From the NCBI RefSeq assembly GCF_000021865.1, contig NC_014034.1, forward strand, positions 1-32,000: DNA of 32,000 bases, in the 5' to 3' direction. The position numbers were made by a program, and so were the translations under genes. Positions 19,107-27,656 of this stretch are shown here, piece after piece. Below the pieces are notes generated by a model. It saw only the letters and a list, made by a program, of their open reading frames with translations, was not told the origin of the DNA and did no database searches. Numbering within the stretch: the first letter of the stretch is position 1; every line of letters begins with the position of its first letter. Source of the DNA: Rhodobacter capsulatus SB 1003 (GTDB lineage: Bacteria; Pseudomonadota; Alphaproteobacteria; Rhodobacterales; Rhodobacteraceae).

Positions 19107-19867
19107 CAGCAGGTCACTCCTTCGGGTTTCTTGCCAAGGATGATCATGCCCAGAATGTCCTCGTCGGTGACCTCGTTCACCTTGACGGTGCCGACGAGTT
19201 GCCCGTTCTTCATCACCGAGGCGCGGTCGCACAGCCGCATGACGTTGTGAATGTCATGCTCGATCAGGAAGATCCCCAGCCCCTGCGCCTTCAGCTCCTC
19301 GATCAGCTCGGCGACCATCTGGGTTTCATGCGGGCCCAGCGCGGCGGTGGGTTCGTCCATGATCAGGATCTTGGCGTTGAAATAGACCGCCCGGGCGATC
19401 GCCACCGACTGCCGCTGCCCGCCCGAAAGCGCCTTCACCGGCTCCTTGAACTTGCGGAAGTTCGGGTTGAGCCGCCCCATGATCTTGCGGGTCTCGGCCT
19501 CCATCTGCGCATCGTCGACGAAACCGAAGGGCGTCACCAGCTCGCGGCCCAGGAACAGGTTCGAGGCCGCATCAAGGTTGTCCGCAAGCGCCAGCGTCTG
19601 ATAGATCGTCTCGATGTTATAGGCGCGGGCGTCGCGCGGATTGCGGATCTCGGCCTTTTCGCCGTTGATGTAGATGGCGCCAGAGTCCATCTGATAGGCG
19701 CCCGAGAGGCATTTGATCAGGGTCGATTTGCCCGCGCCATTATGGCCCAGAAGACCGACGACCTCGCCCGGGTAAAGGTCGATGGTGACGTGATCCACCG
19801 CCTTGATGCCGCCGAAGGCGATCGAGATGTCGCGCATCTCGACCAGAGGGGTTCCGCGGGTGCTCAT
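19106..19867 (-). CDS. xylG: Sugar (xylose) ABC transporter ATP-binding protein, single-cassette form
   Basis: 253 aa. Walker [10 protein letters not shown], signature [14 protein letters not shown], Walker [12 protein letters not shown] and H-loop IEHD. ATGA overlap with xylH upstream and TGATG overlap with xylB downstream. Confidence 0.85.
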   Translation of the reverse strand: MSTRGTPLVEMRDISIAFGGIKAVDHVTIDLYPGEVVGLLGHNGAGKSTLIKCLSGAYQMDSGAIYINGEKAEIRNPRDARAYNIETIYQTLALADNLDAASNLFLGRELVTPFGFVDDAQMEAETRKIMGRLNPNFRKFKEPVKALSGGQRQSVAIARAVYFNAKILIMDEPTAALGPHETQMVAELIEELKAQGLGIFLIEHDIHNVMRLCDRASVMKNGQLVGTVKVNEVTDEDILGMIILGKKPEGVTC

Positions 19868-21153
19868 ACCTTTTCCCCCGTGCGCTTGCGGTATTGAATG
19901 TCGATCCAGACGGCCAGAACCAGCACGCCGCCGACGACGATGTTCTGGAACGGCGCATCGACGCCGACCATCGCCATGCCCGATTGCAGCGATTGCATGA
20001 TCACCGCGCCCAGAACCGCGCCATAGATCGTGCCGATGCCCCCGGCCAAGGCGGTGCCGCCGATGACCGCCGCGGCGATCACCCGCAATTCATCGAGCGA
20101 GCCGATGTCGTTGGTGTGGTTGGCCAGACGCGCCTGTGCCACCATCGCCGAAATCGCGCAAAGAACCCCCATCAGGGTGAAGATCTTCACCGTCAGCATC
20201 CGGGTGTTGATGCCGGACAGTTCCGCCGCGTCCGGGTTGCCGCCAGCGGCAAAGATGTAGCGGCCCAACCGGGTCTTGCGGGCGATCAGCGTCATCACCA
20301 CGACGATGACGACCAGCATCAGCACCGAGATCGGCAGGCCGAAGTAATCGATATAGCCTTCGGGCATCACCTCGCCGCGGGAGTCGAATTCGCGCTTCAG
20401 ACGGCCGACCGGGATCGCATAGCTGTTCAGGACCGCGACAAAGCCCAGGATCGCCACGACGGCGGTGGCCATCAAGGCCCCTTCCGCCCAGAGCGGCTTG
20501 ACCGGGAATTCATGTCGGATCTTTGCCTGACGTGCCCGCCAAAGGCCGAAAACAGCCAGAACAGAGAAGAAAACCGCCAAAGCCCAGGACAGGGCCGAGC
20601 CCACCGTGCCCTCGACGCCGCCAAACAGCATGAAGGTCTGATCGAGCGGCCCGACCGTCTGCCCGTCGGTCAGATACCAGCCGACGTTGCGCCAAATGAG
20701 CAGCCCGCCCAGCGTCACGATGAAGGCCGGGATGCGCTGATAGCCCACCAGCCAGCCGTTCAGCGCGCCGATGGCAGCGCCGGTCAGAAGACCTGCGATC
20801 ACCGTCAGCGGCATCACCAGCGGATGACCGATGCCGAAGACTTGCGGCAGCAGCTGCACCTGCATCACCCCCATCACCGAGGAGCAGATCGCCAGCACCG
20901 CGCCGACCGAGAGGTCGATATGCCGGGTGACAATCACGAACACCATGCCGGTGGCCATGATCGCCACGGACACGGTCTGGATCGACAGGTTGAAGATGTT
21001 GCGGGGCGTCAGAAAGCGCCCGTCGGTGATCACGTTGAAGACAAGGCAGATCACGACGAAGGCGCCGATCATGCCCAGAAGCCGGGTGTCCAACTCGAGC
21101 GACTGCAAAAGCGAGCGCTTTTGACCGCCGTCCTGCGGGGTCGGGGTGTTCAT
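19864..21153 (-). CDS. xylH: Sugar (xylose) ABC transporter permease
   Basis: 429 aa polytopic membrane protein. CUT2-family permease motif [17 protein letters not shown]. Located between xylF and xylG. Confidence 0.85.
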   Translation of the reverse strand: MNTPTPQDGGQKRSLLQSLELDTRLLGMIGAFVVICLVFNVITDGRFLTPRNIFNLSIQTVSVAIMATGMVFVIVTRHIDLSVGAVLAICSSVMGVMQVQLLPQVFGIGHPLVMPLTVIAGLLTGAAIGALNGWLVGYQRIPAFIVTLGGLLIWRNVGWYLTDGQTVGPLDQTFMLFGGVEGTVGSALSWALAVFFSVLAVFGLWRARQAKIRHEFPVKPLWAEGALMATAVVAILGFVAVLNSYAIPVGRLKREFDSRGEVMPEGYIDYFGLPISVLMLVVIVVVMTLIARKTRLGRYIFAAGGNPDAAELSGINTRMLTVKIFTLMGVLCAISAMVAQARLANHTNDIGSLDELRVIAAAVIGGTALAGGIGTIYGAVLGAVIMQSLQSGMAMVGVDAPFQNIVVGGVLVLAVWIDIQYRKRTGEKV

Positions 21154-21169
21154 GGGGTGTCCGATCGAA

Positions 21170-21219
21170 AAAGGGCGCCGCGGCGCTCTTTGGAAGGGGG
21201 GCGGCCGCGAAGCCGCCCC
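21170..21219 (-). promoter_or_regulatory. Two GC-rich intercistronic hairpins between xylF and xylH
   Basis: Hairpin A, about 21170-21191: AAAGGGCGCC / GGCGCTCTTT arms with one mismatch. Hairpin B, 21198-21219: perfect 8-bp GGGGCGGC / GCCGCCCC with a 6-nt loop. Both lie in the 79-nt gap after the xylF stop (21233). Confidence 0.5.
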
Positions 21220-21232
21220 GGTTCAGGTCAGA

Positions 21233-22252
21233 TCAATTGCACGGGGCCGGACCGGCGGTCACGCCCTGGCACAGCGTCTCTTTCGGGATCCAGCCCGCAT
21301 CGACGACAACCGAGAGGTTGTCCTTGGTGATCGGCATCGGCGTCAGGAACTTGGCGGTCATCTTCGTCCCCGCGGGCGAGGTCCATTCGGTGGCCCCCGC
21401 GACCGACTTCATGTCGGCGCCGCCAGCCAGAGCCACGGCGATTTCCGCGGCGTTCTTGCCGAGTTCACGCGCGTCCTTCCACACGGAAACGGTCTGCGTG
21501 CCCAGCGCGACCCGGTTCAGCGCGGCATGATCGCCGTCCTGACCCGAGACCGGCACCACCAGCCCCTGCGCGGACAGCGCGGCCACGGCGCCCCCGGCGG
21601 TGCCGTCGTTCGACGCCACGACCGCATCGACCTTGTTGTCATTCGCGGTCAGGATCTGTTCCATGTTGCGCTGCGCGTTCGCGGGCAGCCAGCCGTCGGT
21701 ATAGGCTTCGCCGACGATCTTGATATCGCCCGCATCGATCGCAGCCTGCAGCACCTCTTGCTGACCGCCGCGCAGGAAATCGGCGTTCGGATCGGTGGGC
21801 GAGCCCTTGATCATCACGTAATTGCCCTTGGGCGCCGCGGCCAGAACGGCCCGGGCCTGCATCCGGCCCACTTCGGCATTGTCGAAGGTCAGGTAAAAGG
21901 CCCGCGGATCCTCGATCAGACGGTCATAGGCGATGACCGGAATCCCTTCATCGGCGGCGGCCTGCACGGCGGGGCCGATCGCCTCGGTGTCCTGCGCCAG
22001 CACGATCAGCGCATTCACGCCCTGCGCCATCAGCGATTCGATGTCCGAAAGCTGCTTGGCCGAGGACGATTGCGCATCGGCGGACACATATTTCGCACCG
22101 GCGGCTTCCAGCGCAGCCTTGATCGCGGCCTCGTCGGTTTTCCAGCGCTCCTCCTGGAAGTTCGACCAGGACACGCCCACGGTCATGTCGGCAAAAGCCG
22201 TGGTGGCAAGGCCGGCCGTCAGCGCGACGGCGGCGAAAAGGGTTTTATACAT
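21233..22252 (-). CDS. xylF: D-xylose ABC transporter periplasmic substrate-binding protein
   Basis: 339 aa. Signal peptide [81 protein letters not shown] follows the pattern I recall for E. coli XylF. First gene of the xylFHGBA string. Confidence 0.88.
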   Translation of the reverse strand: MYKTLFAAVALTAGLATTAFADMTVGVSWSNFQEERWKTDEAAIKAALEAAGAKYVSADAQSSSAKQLSDIESLMAQGVNALIVLAQDTEAIGPAVQAAADEGIPVIAYDRLIEDPRAFYLTFDNAEVGRMQARAVLAAAPKGNYVMIKGSPTDPNADFLRGGQQEVLQAAIDAGDIKIVGEAYTDGWLPANAQRNMEQILTANDNKVDAVVASNDGTAGGAVAALSAQGLVVPVSGQDGDHAALNRVALGTQTVSVWKDARELGKNAAEIAVALAGGADMKSVAGATEWTSPAGTKMTAKFLTPMPITKDNLSVVVDAGWIPKETLCQGVTAGPAPCN

Positions 22253-22324
22253 GTTCTCCTCCCGAGATGTGGCCCGACGGACCGACCCGACAGATTCGCC
22301 GGGATGCCAAGAGGATGAGTCGAA

Positions 22325-22344
22325 TAATTTTAGTTGTCAAAATA
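22325..22344. promoter_or_regulatory. AT-rich imperfect palindrome TAATTTTA-GTTG-TCAAAATA, candidate operator in the xylF/ROK divergent region
   Basis: 6 of 8 arm positions are complementary. It is the most AT-rich spot of the window. It overlaps a TTGTCA-N17-GAGAAT promoter-like arrangement (22334-22362, + strand) and a TTGACA hexamer on the minus strand (22336-22341). Confidence 0.3.
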
Positions 22345-22391
22345 AAAATGGGGCGCGAGAATGAAGGCGACCAACAAAACGGCAGGAAATA

Positions 22392-22424
22392 GCTGCATCG
22401 CGGCAAGAATGATCGCTGCATCGC
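22392..22424 (+). repeat. Perfect 10-bp direct repeat GCTGCATCGC x2, 23-bp period
   Basis: Copies at 22392-22401 and 22415-22424. They lie 48-80 nt upstream of the ROK regulator ATG. Confidence 0.6.
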
Positions 22425-22471
22425 ACTGACGCACCGTCGTTTTGTTAATCCATTGAACGAAAGACGCCGCG

Positions 22472-23740
22472 ATGAAGAAGATCTCCCAGATCGGCAAGGC
22501 CTCTCTCGGCTGCGGTCCGCTGATTCAGCCGCTGTCGGAAACCGCCCGGCCGCTGCGTCAGCAGATCTTCGAACGGGTCCGGGCCGCCGGGCAGATGGCG
22601 CGGGTGCAACTGGCGAAAGAGCTGTGCATCAGCCCGGCCTCGGTCACCACGATCACCTCGGAACTGATCGACACCGGGCTGCTCGAGGAGGTGCAGACCA
22701 CGCGCGAGGGCGAAGGCGGCCGCGGGCGCCCGGCCGTGGCGCTGCGGGTGCGCCCGAACACCCGGCATGTGGTCGGCATCAAGCTTTCCGACCGCGAGCA
22801 CACTGCGGTTCTGGTCGATTTCGCCGGCAACATGATCGCGGGAGAGGCGATCCCGCGCAGCCCCGGGGCAATGGGGATCGACGGCATCCTCGAAGCGGCG
22901 GAGCGGCTGCTGCACCGCGTCTGCGCCAAGGGCGGCGTCGACCGCGAGGCAATTCTGGCACTGGGCCTCGGCGTTCCGGGCTTCGTCGATTCCGAAGCGG
23001 GGGTGGTGCATTGGTCGCCCGTCCTCTCCGACCGTCACGTCGGATTGCAGGCGGCCTTGCGGGACCGGCTGGGCCTGACCGTCTTCATCGACAACGACGC
23101 CAATCTGGTGACGCTGGCGGAACTCTGGTTCGGCGCCGGTCGCAAGCTGTCGGATTTCGCCGTGGTGACGATCGAACACGGTCTGGGCATGGGCTTTGTC
23201 ATCAACCACCGGATCTTTCGCGGCTCGCGCGGCATGGGGATGGAGCTGGGCCATACCAAGGTGCAGCTCGATGGCGCGCTGTGCCGCTGCGGGCAGCGCG
23301 GCTGTCTGGAAGCCTATGTCGCCGATTACGCGCTGGTGCGCGAGGCCAGGACGGCGCTGAACCTGCCGCTTGGCGAAACCCAGCCCGTGGGCGTGATGCT
23401 GGAAAGCCTCTTCGATCACGCCAAGGCGGGCAATGCCGCCGCGCGTTCGATCTTTCGGCGGGCGGGGCGGTATCTGGCGGTGGGGCTGTCGAACATCGTC
23501 AATCTCTTCGATCCGGCGCTGATCATCCTCTCGGGCGAGCGGATGCGTTACGACTATCTTTATGCGACCGAGACCCTGGCCGAGATGCACGAATTGATGC
23601 TCGACACCGGCCGCGACGGGCCGCGGATCGAGACCCATGCCTGGGGGGACCTGCTGTGGGCGCATGGGGCGGCGGCCTTGGCGCTGCATGAGCTGACAGA
23701 ACAGCTTCTGGGCTCGACACGGGAGATGGCGGCGCAATGA
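22472..23740 (+). CDS. ROK-family transcriptional regulator (N-terminal wHTH plus sugar-kinase-like domain), probable xylose operon regulator
   Basis: 422 aa. HTH ARVQLAKELCISPASVTTITSELIDTGLLEE. ROK motifs LGLGVPGFVD and IDNDANLVTLAELWFGAG. Zn motif GHTKV...CRCGQRGCLEAY. Divergent from xylF. Confidence 0.85.
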   Translation: MKKISQIGKASLGCGPLIQPLSETARPLRQQIFERVRAAGQMARVQLAKELCISPASVTTITSELIDTGLLEEVQTTREGEGGRGRPAVALRVRPNTRHVVGIKLSDREHTAVLVDFAGNMIAGEAIPRSPGAMGIDGILEAAERLLHRVCAKGGVDREAILALGLGVPGFVDSEAGVVHWSPVLSDRHVGLQAALRDRLGLTVFIDNDANLVTLAELWFGAGRKLSDFAVVTIEHGLGMGFVINHRIFRGSRGMGMELGHTKVQLDGALCRCGQRGCLEAYVADYALVREARTALNLPLGETQPVGVMLESLFDHAKAGNAAARSIFRRAGRYLAVGLSNIVNLFDPALIILSGERMRYDYLYATETLAEMHELMLDTGRDGPRIETHAWGDLLWAHGAAALALHELTEQLLGSTREMAAQ

Positions 23741-25224
23741 AACGGGTTTTGCTCTGTCTGATCGCTTTTCCAGCCGGTGCAGAGCCGCTTTTTGTCGATG
23801 ATGCCGCCGGTCTGCCGCACCGGCAGATCTATGCGGGGGGCTGGGAACATTTCGTCGGCGGTGGGGTTGCGGTCTTCGATTGCAACGGCGACCGGCGGCC
23901 GGATCTGTTCGCGGCAGGCGGTGAAAATCCGGCGGCGCTGTTCGTCAATGCCTCGGAGCAGGGCGGGCCGCTGCGCTTCACCGATGGCGGGCTGCCCGAT
24001 CTGCGCCATGTCACCGGGGCCTATCCGCTCGACATCGATTCGGACGGGCAGATGGATCTGGCCGTGCTGCGGGCCGGTCCGAATCTGCTGTTGCGCGGAT
24101 TGGGTGACTGCCGCTTCGAAGATGCGACGGCAACATGGGCGCTGCCCACGCGGGAGGACTGGACCACCTCCTTCACCGCGACCTGGGAGCCGGGGCAGGA
24201 CTTTCCGACGCTTTTCTTTGGTAATTACGTCGACCGGACGAACCCGGATGGCCCGTTCATGGCCTGCGACGACAGTGCACTTTTTCACCCGAAAGGCCGG
24301 GTTTATGCTGAAACAGAGACGATTTCGCCCGGCTATTGCACGCTGTCCGCGCTGATCTCCGACTGGCAGCGCAAGGGCACGCCCGAGTTGCGGCTGTCGA
24401 ACGACCGCCATTATTACGTCCGCGGCGGCTACGAGCAGATGTTCCGCCTGACCCCCTTGGCCGAGCGGACAGATTGGCCGCATGTCTCGCTTTGGGGCAT
24501 GGGGATTGCCAGCCGCGACATCACCGGCGACGGCTTGCCCGAGGTGATGATGACCTCGATGGGCGATCAGCTGTTGCAGATCAACAGGGGCGATCATTTC
24601 GAAGACGCGCCCTACAGCATCGGCACCTTCGCGCAGCGGCCTTTCATCGGCGATGACGGCCGTCCCTCGACCGGCTGGCACCCGGAATTCGGCGATGTCG
24701 ACAACGATGGTCGCGATGATCTGTTCATCTCCAAGGGCAATGTCGATCAGATGCCCGGCCTCGCCTCGCATGATCCGAACAACCTGCTGATGCAGGGGCC
24801 GGATGGCACGTTCCACGAAGCCGCCGACAAGGCCGGGGTGGCAACGCGGGAACGGTCTCGGGGGGCGGCGCTGGCAGATCTGAACGGCGACGGGCTCTTG
24901 GATCTGGTGGTGATGAACCGCCGCGCGCCGATGGAGCTTTGGCGCAATGTGACGGCGCAGACCGGGAATTGGGCTGAAATAGAGCCTGTTCAGGCGGAAC
25001 CGAACCAACATGCCATTGGCGCCTGGGTCGAGGTGAAGACCGCTTCGGGCGTCAAGGCGCAGGAAATCACCGTGGGCGGCGGGCATGCCGGGGGCAAGGC
25101 CGGTCCGCTGCATTTCGGGCTGGGGGCCGGGACATCGGCAGAGGCACGGGTGATCTGGCCCGACGGCGCGGCGGGTGATTGGCAGCCCGTTACGCTGAAC
25201 GGGCTGACCGAGATCCGCCGTTAA
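23737..25224 (+). CDS. Secreted FG-GAP/VCBS-repeat protein with C-terminal ASPIC/UnbV domain (CRTAC1-like family)
   Basis: 495 aa. Signal peptide MKRVLLCLIAFPAGA. Repeated Ca-binding-type loops: DCNGDRRPDLF, DIDSDGQMDLA, DITGDGLPEVM, DVDNDGRDDLF, DLNGDGLLDLV. C-terminal UnbV-like AIGAWVEVKTASG...GGGHAGGKAGPLHFGLG...ARVIWPDG. ATGA overlap with the ROK gene stop. Confidence 0.8.
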   Translation: MKRVLLCLIAFPAGAEPLFVDDAAGLPHRQIYAGGWEHFVGGGVAVFDCNGDRRPDLFAAGGENPAALFVNASEQGGPLRFTDGGLPDLRHVTGAYPLDIDSDGQMDLAVLRAGPNLLLRGLGDCRFEDATATWALPTREDWTTSFTATWEPGQDFPTLFFGNYVDRTNPDGPFMACDDSALFHPKGRVYAETETISPGYCTLSALISDWQRKGTPELRLSNDRHYYVRGGYEQMFRLTPLAERTDWPHVSLWGMGIASRDITGDGLPEVMMTSMGDQLLQINRGDHFEDAPYSIGTFAQRPFIGDDGRPSTGWHPEFGDVDNDGRDDLFISKGNVDQMPGLASHDPNNLLMQGPDGTFHEAADKAGVATRERSRGAALADLNGDGLLDLVVMNRRAPMELWRNVTAQTGNWAEIEPVQAEPNQHAIGAWVEVKTASGVKAQEITVGGGHAGGKAGPLHFGLGAGTSAEARVIWPDGAAGDWQPVTLNGLTEIRR

Positions 25225-26558
25225 CGGTCCACGGGCAAACCGCTGGGCACGGTTTCGGGCACGCCGAGCCGCCCCTGCAGTGCAACCGGATCGGAAAGCG
25301 TGGTCAGAAACGCCACGATCTGCGTCACCTGATCTTGCGTCAGCTTTGCCGGGGGCACCGCCGCGGCCTGGATCGCCGCCACTTCCGCGGGCGTGTCGAG
25401 CAAGGTCCAATCGGGCTTCGTCTGCGGCAGAATCGGCAAAATGACCTGCCTTCGGTCATACCCGGCCAGTTGTTCGCCGCTGCGCGCATGATCGGCGACG
25501 AAAGCGGCCAGATCCCTGTGGCTGCCCGCATGGCCCCAGGGCCCGGTCTGGGCGACATTGCGCAGGCTGGGCGTGCGGAAGGCAAAGATATCGGCCGGGT
25601 TGTTCGTCACCCGGAACCGGCCCTCGTCGCGGGAATGACGCTCGAACCGCTCTGCCTTGCCCGGGCCAAGCTGCGGTTCACCCGTCGCATGGAACGCATG
25701 ATCGGTCAGGAACGGGCCGGAATGGCAGGTCGCACAGCCCGCCGCGCCATAGAACAAATCCGCCCCCTTGGCCGCTTCGGACTGAAACAGAGCCTGTTTT
25801 CGCAAGACGGCATCAAAGGCGCTGTCATCGGACCGCCATTCGAAAGCCACGAATTGCGCGATCGCGTTCGAGATGTCGGTGAAGGCAATCGGCCGCCCGG
25901 CGGCAATCTCGGGATAGGCCTTTTCAAACGCCGCCCTGTAAGCCGGAATGCCTGCCACCCGCGCCGAGATCCGCGCCCAGGCGCCATCGGGGCCGGTGAT
26001 GAAGCCTTCGCGCACGACCTTGGAAATCTCGTTTTCATTGTAATGCCCGGCCATCTCGTCGGGCGAGAGCACCGGAAACATCGTCTGCGCCGAAAGGATC
26101 GAGGCGAAGCCGGTCACCATTTCCTCTTCCATCGGCGTGCGCAGACCCGAGGGGCGGGTCGGATCAACCTCGATCCGGCCGTCGTGGAACAGCACCTTGA
26201 ACTCCCGCGCCCCCAGATTGAACAGCGCCGGCGCGTTGCGGGGAATGCGCTGTTCGGGCAGATTCGTCTCGGTCACATGCCGGTCCGGGCCCAGCCCCAC
26301 CGCGCCTTCCCCCAGACCGAGGCTGAGGCCGTCGCCGGTGCCGAACCGCGGATGATGGCAAGTGGCGCAAGAGATGTTGCGATTGCCCGACAGGATCGGA
26401 TCATAGAACAGATCCCGGCCAAGCCGCACTTCGGCCATGCTCAGCGCGCCATAATCGGCATCACTCAGCGGCGCGGGAAGGTCGGCGGCCAGCGCCGTCC
26501 CCCCCGAAAGCAGCCAGAACAGTGCCTGTTTCAGCGATTTTCCGACGAACGTGCCCAT
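25221..26558 (-). CDS. Di-haem cytochrome c peroxidase / MauG-family protein
   Basis: 445 aa. Signal peptide MGTFVGKSLKQALFWLLSGGTALA. Two haem c motifs, CATCHHP and CATCHSGP. Family segment FRTPSLRNVAQTGPWGHAGS. A C-terminal extension of about 90 aa follows the second haem domain. Confidence 0.85.
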   Translation of the reverse strand: MGTFVGKSLKQALFWLLSGGTALAADLPAPLSDADYGALSMAEVRLGRDLFYDPILSGNRNISCATCHHPRFGTGDGLSLGLGEGAVGLGPDRHVTETNLPEQRIPRNAPALFNLGAREFKVLFHDGRIEVDPTRPSGLRTPMEEEMVTGFASILSAQTMFPVLSPDEMAGHYNENEISKVVREGFITGPDGAWARISARVAGIPAYRAAFEKAYPEIAAGRPIAFTDISNAIAQFVAFEWRSDDSAFDAVLRKQALFQSEAAKGADLFYGAAGCATCHSGPFLTDHAFHATGEPQLGPGKAERFERHSRDEGRFRVTNNPADIFAFRTPSLRNVAQTGPWGHAGSHRDLAAFVADHARSGEQLAGYDRRQVILPILPQTKPDWTLLDTPAEVAAIQAAAVPPAKLTQDQVTQIVAFLTTLSDPVALQGRLGVPETVPSGLPVDR

Positions 26559-27559
26559 AGGTTGATCGCCTCATCCTGTGCGTGGGTGTCGATTTCGGCC
26601 AGTTCTGCGGCGGTGAAGGACAGATTGCCCAGGGCGCCGACGCAATCCACCACCTGTTCGGGCTTCGAGGCCCCGATCAGCGCCGAGGTGATGCCCCCCC
26701 GCAGCACCCAGGCCAGCGCCATCTGCGCCAGCGTCTGCCCGCGCCGCTCGGCAATCGCGTTCAACGCGCGGATTTTCTCCAAGGCCTGCGGCGTCAGCGT
26801 GCCGGGATCAAGCGACTTGCCCTGCCCCGCGCGGGCCCCCGACGGAATGCCGTTCAGATATTTCGCACTCAGCAAGCCCTGCGCCAGCGGCGTGAAGGCG
26901 ATCGAGCCGACGCCCAGATCGGCCAGCGTCTCGACCAGCCCGTCACGCTCGATCCAGCGGTTGAGCATGTTGTAGCTCGGCTGATGGATCAAGAGCGGCA
27001 CGCCAAGGCCGCGCAGGATCGCCGCAGCTTCCCGCGTGCGCTCGGAATTGTAAGACGAAATCCCGATGTAAAGCGCCTTGCCCGAGCGCCAGATCTGTTC
27101 CAGCGCGCCCATGGTTTCCTCAAGCGGCGTTTCCGGGTCGAAGCGGTGCGAATAGAAGATGTCGACATAGTCGAGCCCCAGCCGCTTCAGCGATTGATCG
27201 CAGGAGGCGATCAGATATTTCCGGCTGCCCCATTCGCCATAGGGCCCGGGCCACATGTCATAGCCCGCCTTCGACGAGATGATCAGCTCGTCGCGCAGCC
27301 CGGCGAAATCGGTCTTCAGGATCTCGCCAAAGGCCTCCTCGGCCGAGCCGGGCGGCGGGCCATAATTGTTCGCCAGATCGAAATGGGTGATGCCCAGATC
27401 AAAGGCGGTCCGGCAGATCGCCCGTTTCACCGCATGGGGCGTGTCGTGGCCGAAGTTGTGCCACAGACCCAGCGAGATCGCGGGCAGTTTCAGCCCCGAG
27501 GCGCCGCATTTGCGGTAAATCATTCGGGAATAGCGGTTTTCGGCGGGGGTATAGGTCAT
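26531..27559 (-). CDS. Aldo/keto reductase, YghZ/Gpr-like
   Basis: ORF 26531..27562 (MMTYTP...). The GGAGGA Shine-Dalgarno is spaced for the second ATG (27559). YRKCGASGLKLPAISLGLWHNFG and the rest follow the YghZ-type AKR pattern. The 3' end overlaps the start of the peroxidase gene by 28 nt. Confidence 0.85.
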   Translation of the reverse strand: MTYTPAENRYSRMIYRKCGASGLKLPAISLGLWHNFGHDTPHAVKRAICRTAFDLGITHFDLANNYGPPPGSAEEAFGEILKTDFAGLRDELIISSKAGYDMWPGPYGEWGSRKYLIASCDQSLKRLGLDYVDIFYSHRFDPETPLEETMGALEQIWRSGKALYIGISSYNSERTREAAAILRGLGVPLLIHQPSYNMLNRWIERDGLVETLADLGVGSIAFTPLAQGLLSAKYLNGIPSGARAGQGKSLDPGTLTPQALEKIRALNAIAERRGQTLAQMALAWVLRGGITSALIGASKPEQVVDCVGALGNLSFTAAELAEIDTHAQDEAINLWARSSENR

Positions 27560-27656
27560 CATGTCCTCCAGACTGCGTCAGAAGACCACAGGCCGCGCCG
27601 TCACGCAAGTTGTGCCCCCGCGCGCAATCGGCGATGCTGGCGCCAGCGAGGGCGGC

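Noticed and set aside
16372-19232. Extended N-termini in the ORF track for xylA (to 17991) and xylB (to 19232), and similarly HlyD (13281), the ABC-2 permease (15046), flgE (8166) and flgL (10997).
   Set aside because: The extensions are Arg/Gly-rich, overlap the upstream gene and precede the conserved family N-termini. The internal ATGs coincide with ATGA/TGATG coupling or with Shine-Dalgarno sequences and give canonical protein lengths.
22348-22392. 14-codon mini-ORF (MGRENEGDQQNGRK) in the xylF/ROK spacer, as a possible leader peptide.
   Set aside because: It has no Shine-Dalgarno and no attenuator-like alternative structures downstream. Its composition is not suggestive of a regulatory leader. 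It is most likely fortuitous.
27561-27656. Longer N-terminus (ATG 27561) for the YihY/BrkB gene, as in the ORF track.
   Set aside because: It would overlap the divergent AKR start codon head-to-head and leave no promoter space. It adds an Arg/Ala-rich non-family extension. ATG 27657 has a GAGGG Shine-Dalgarno and begins exactly at the family N-terminal region.
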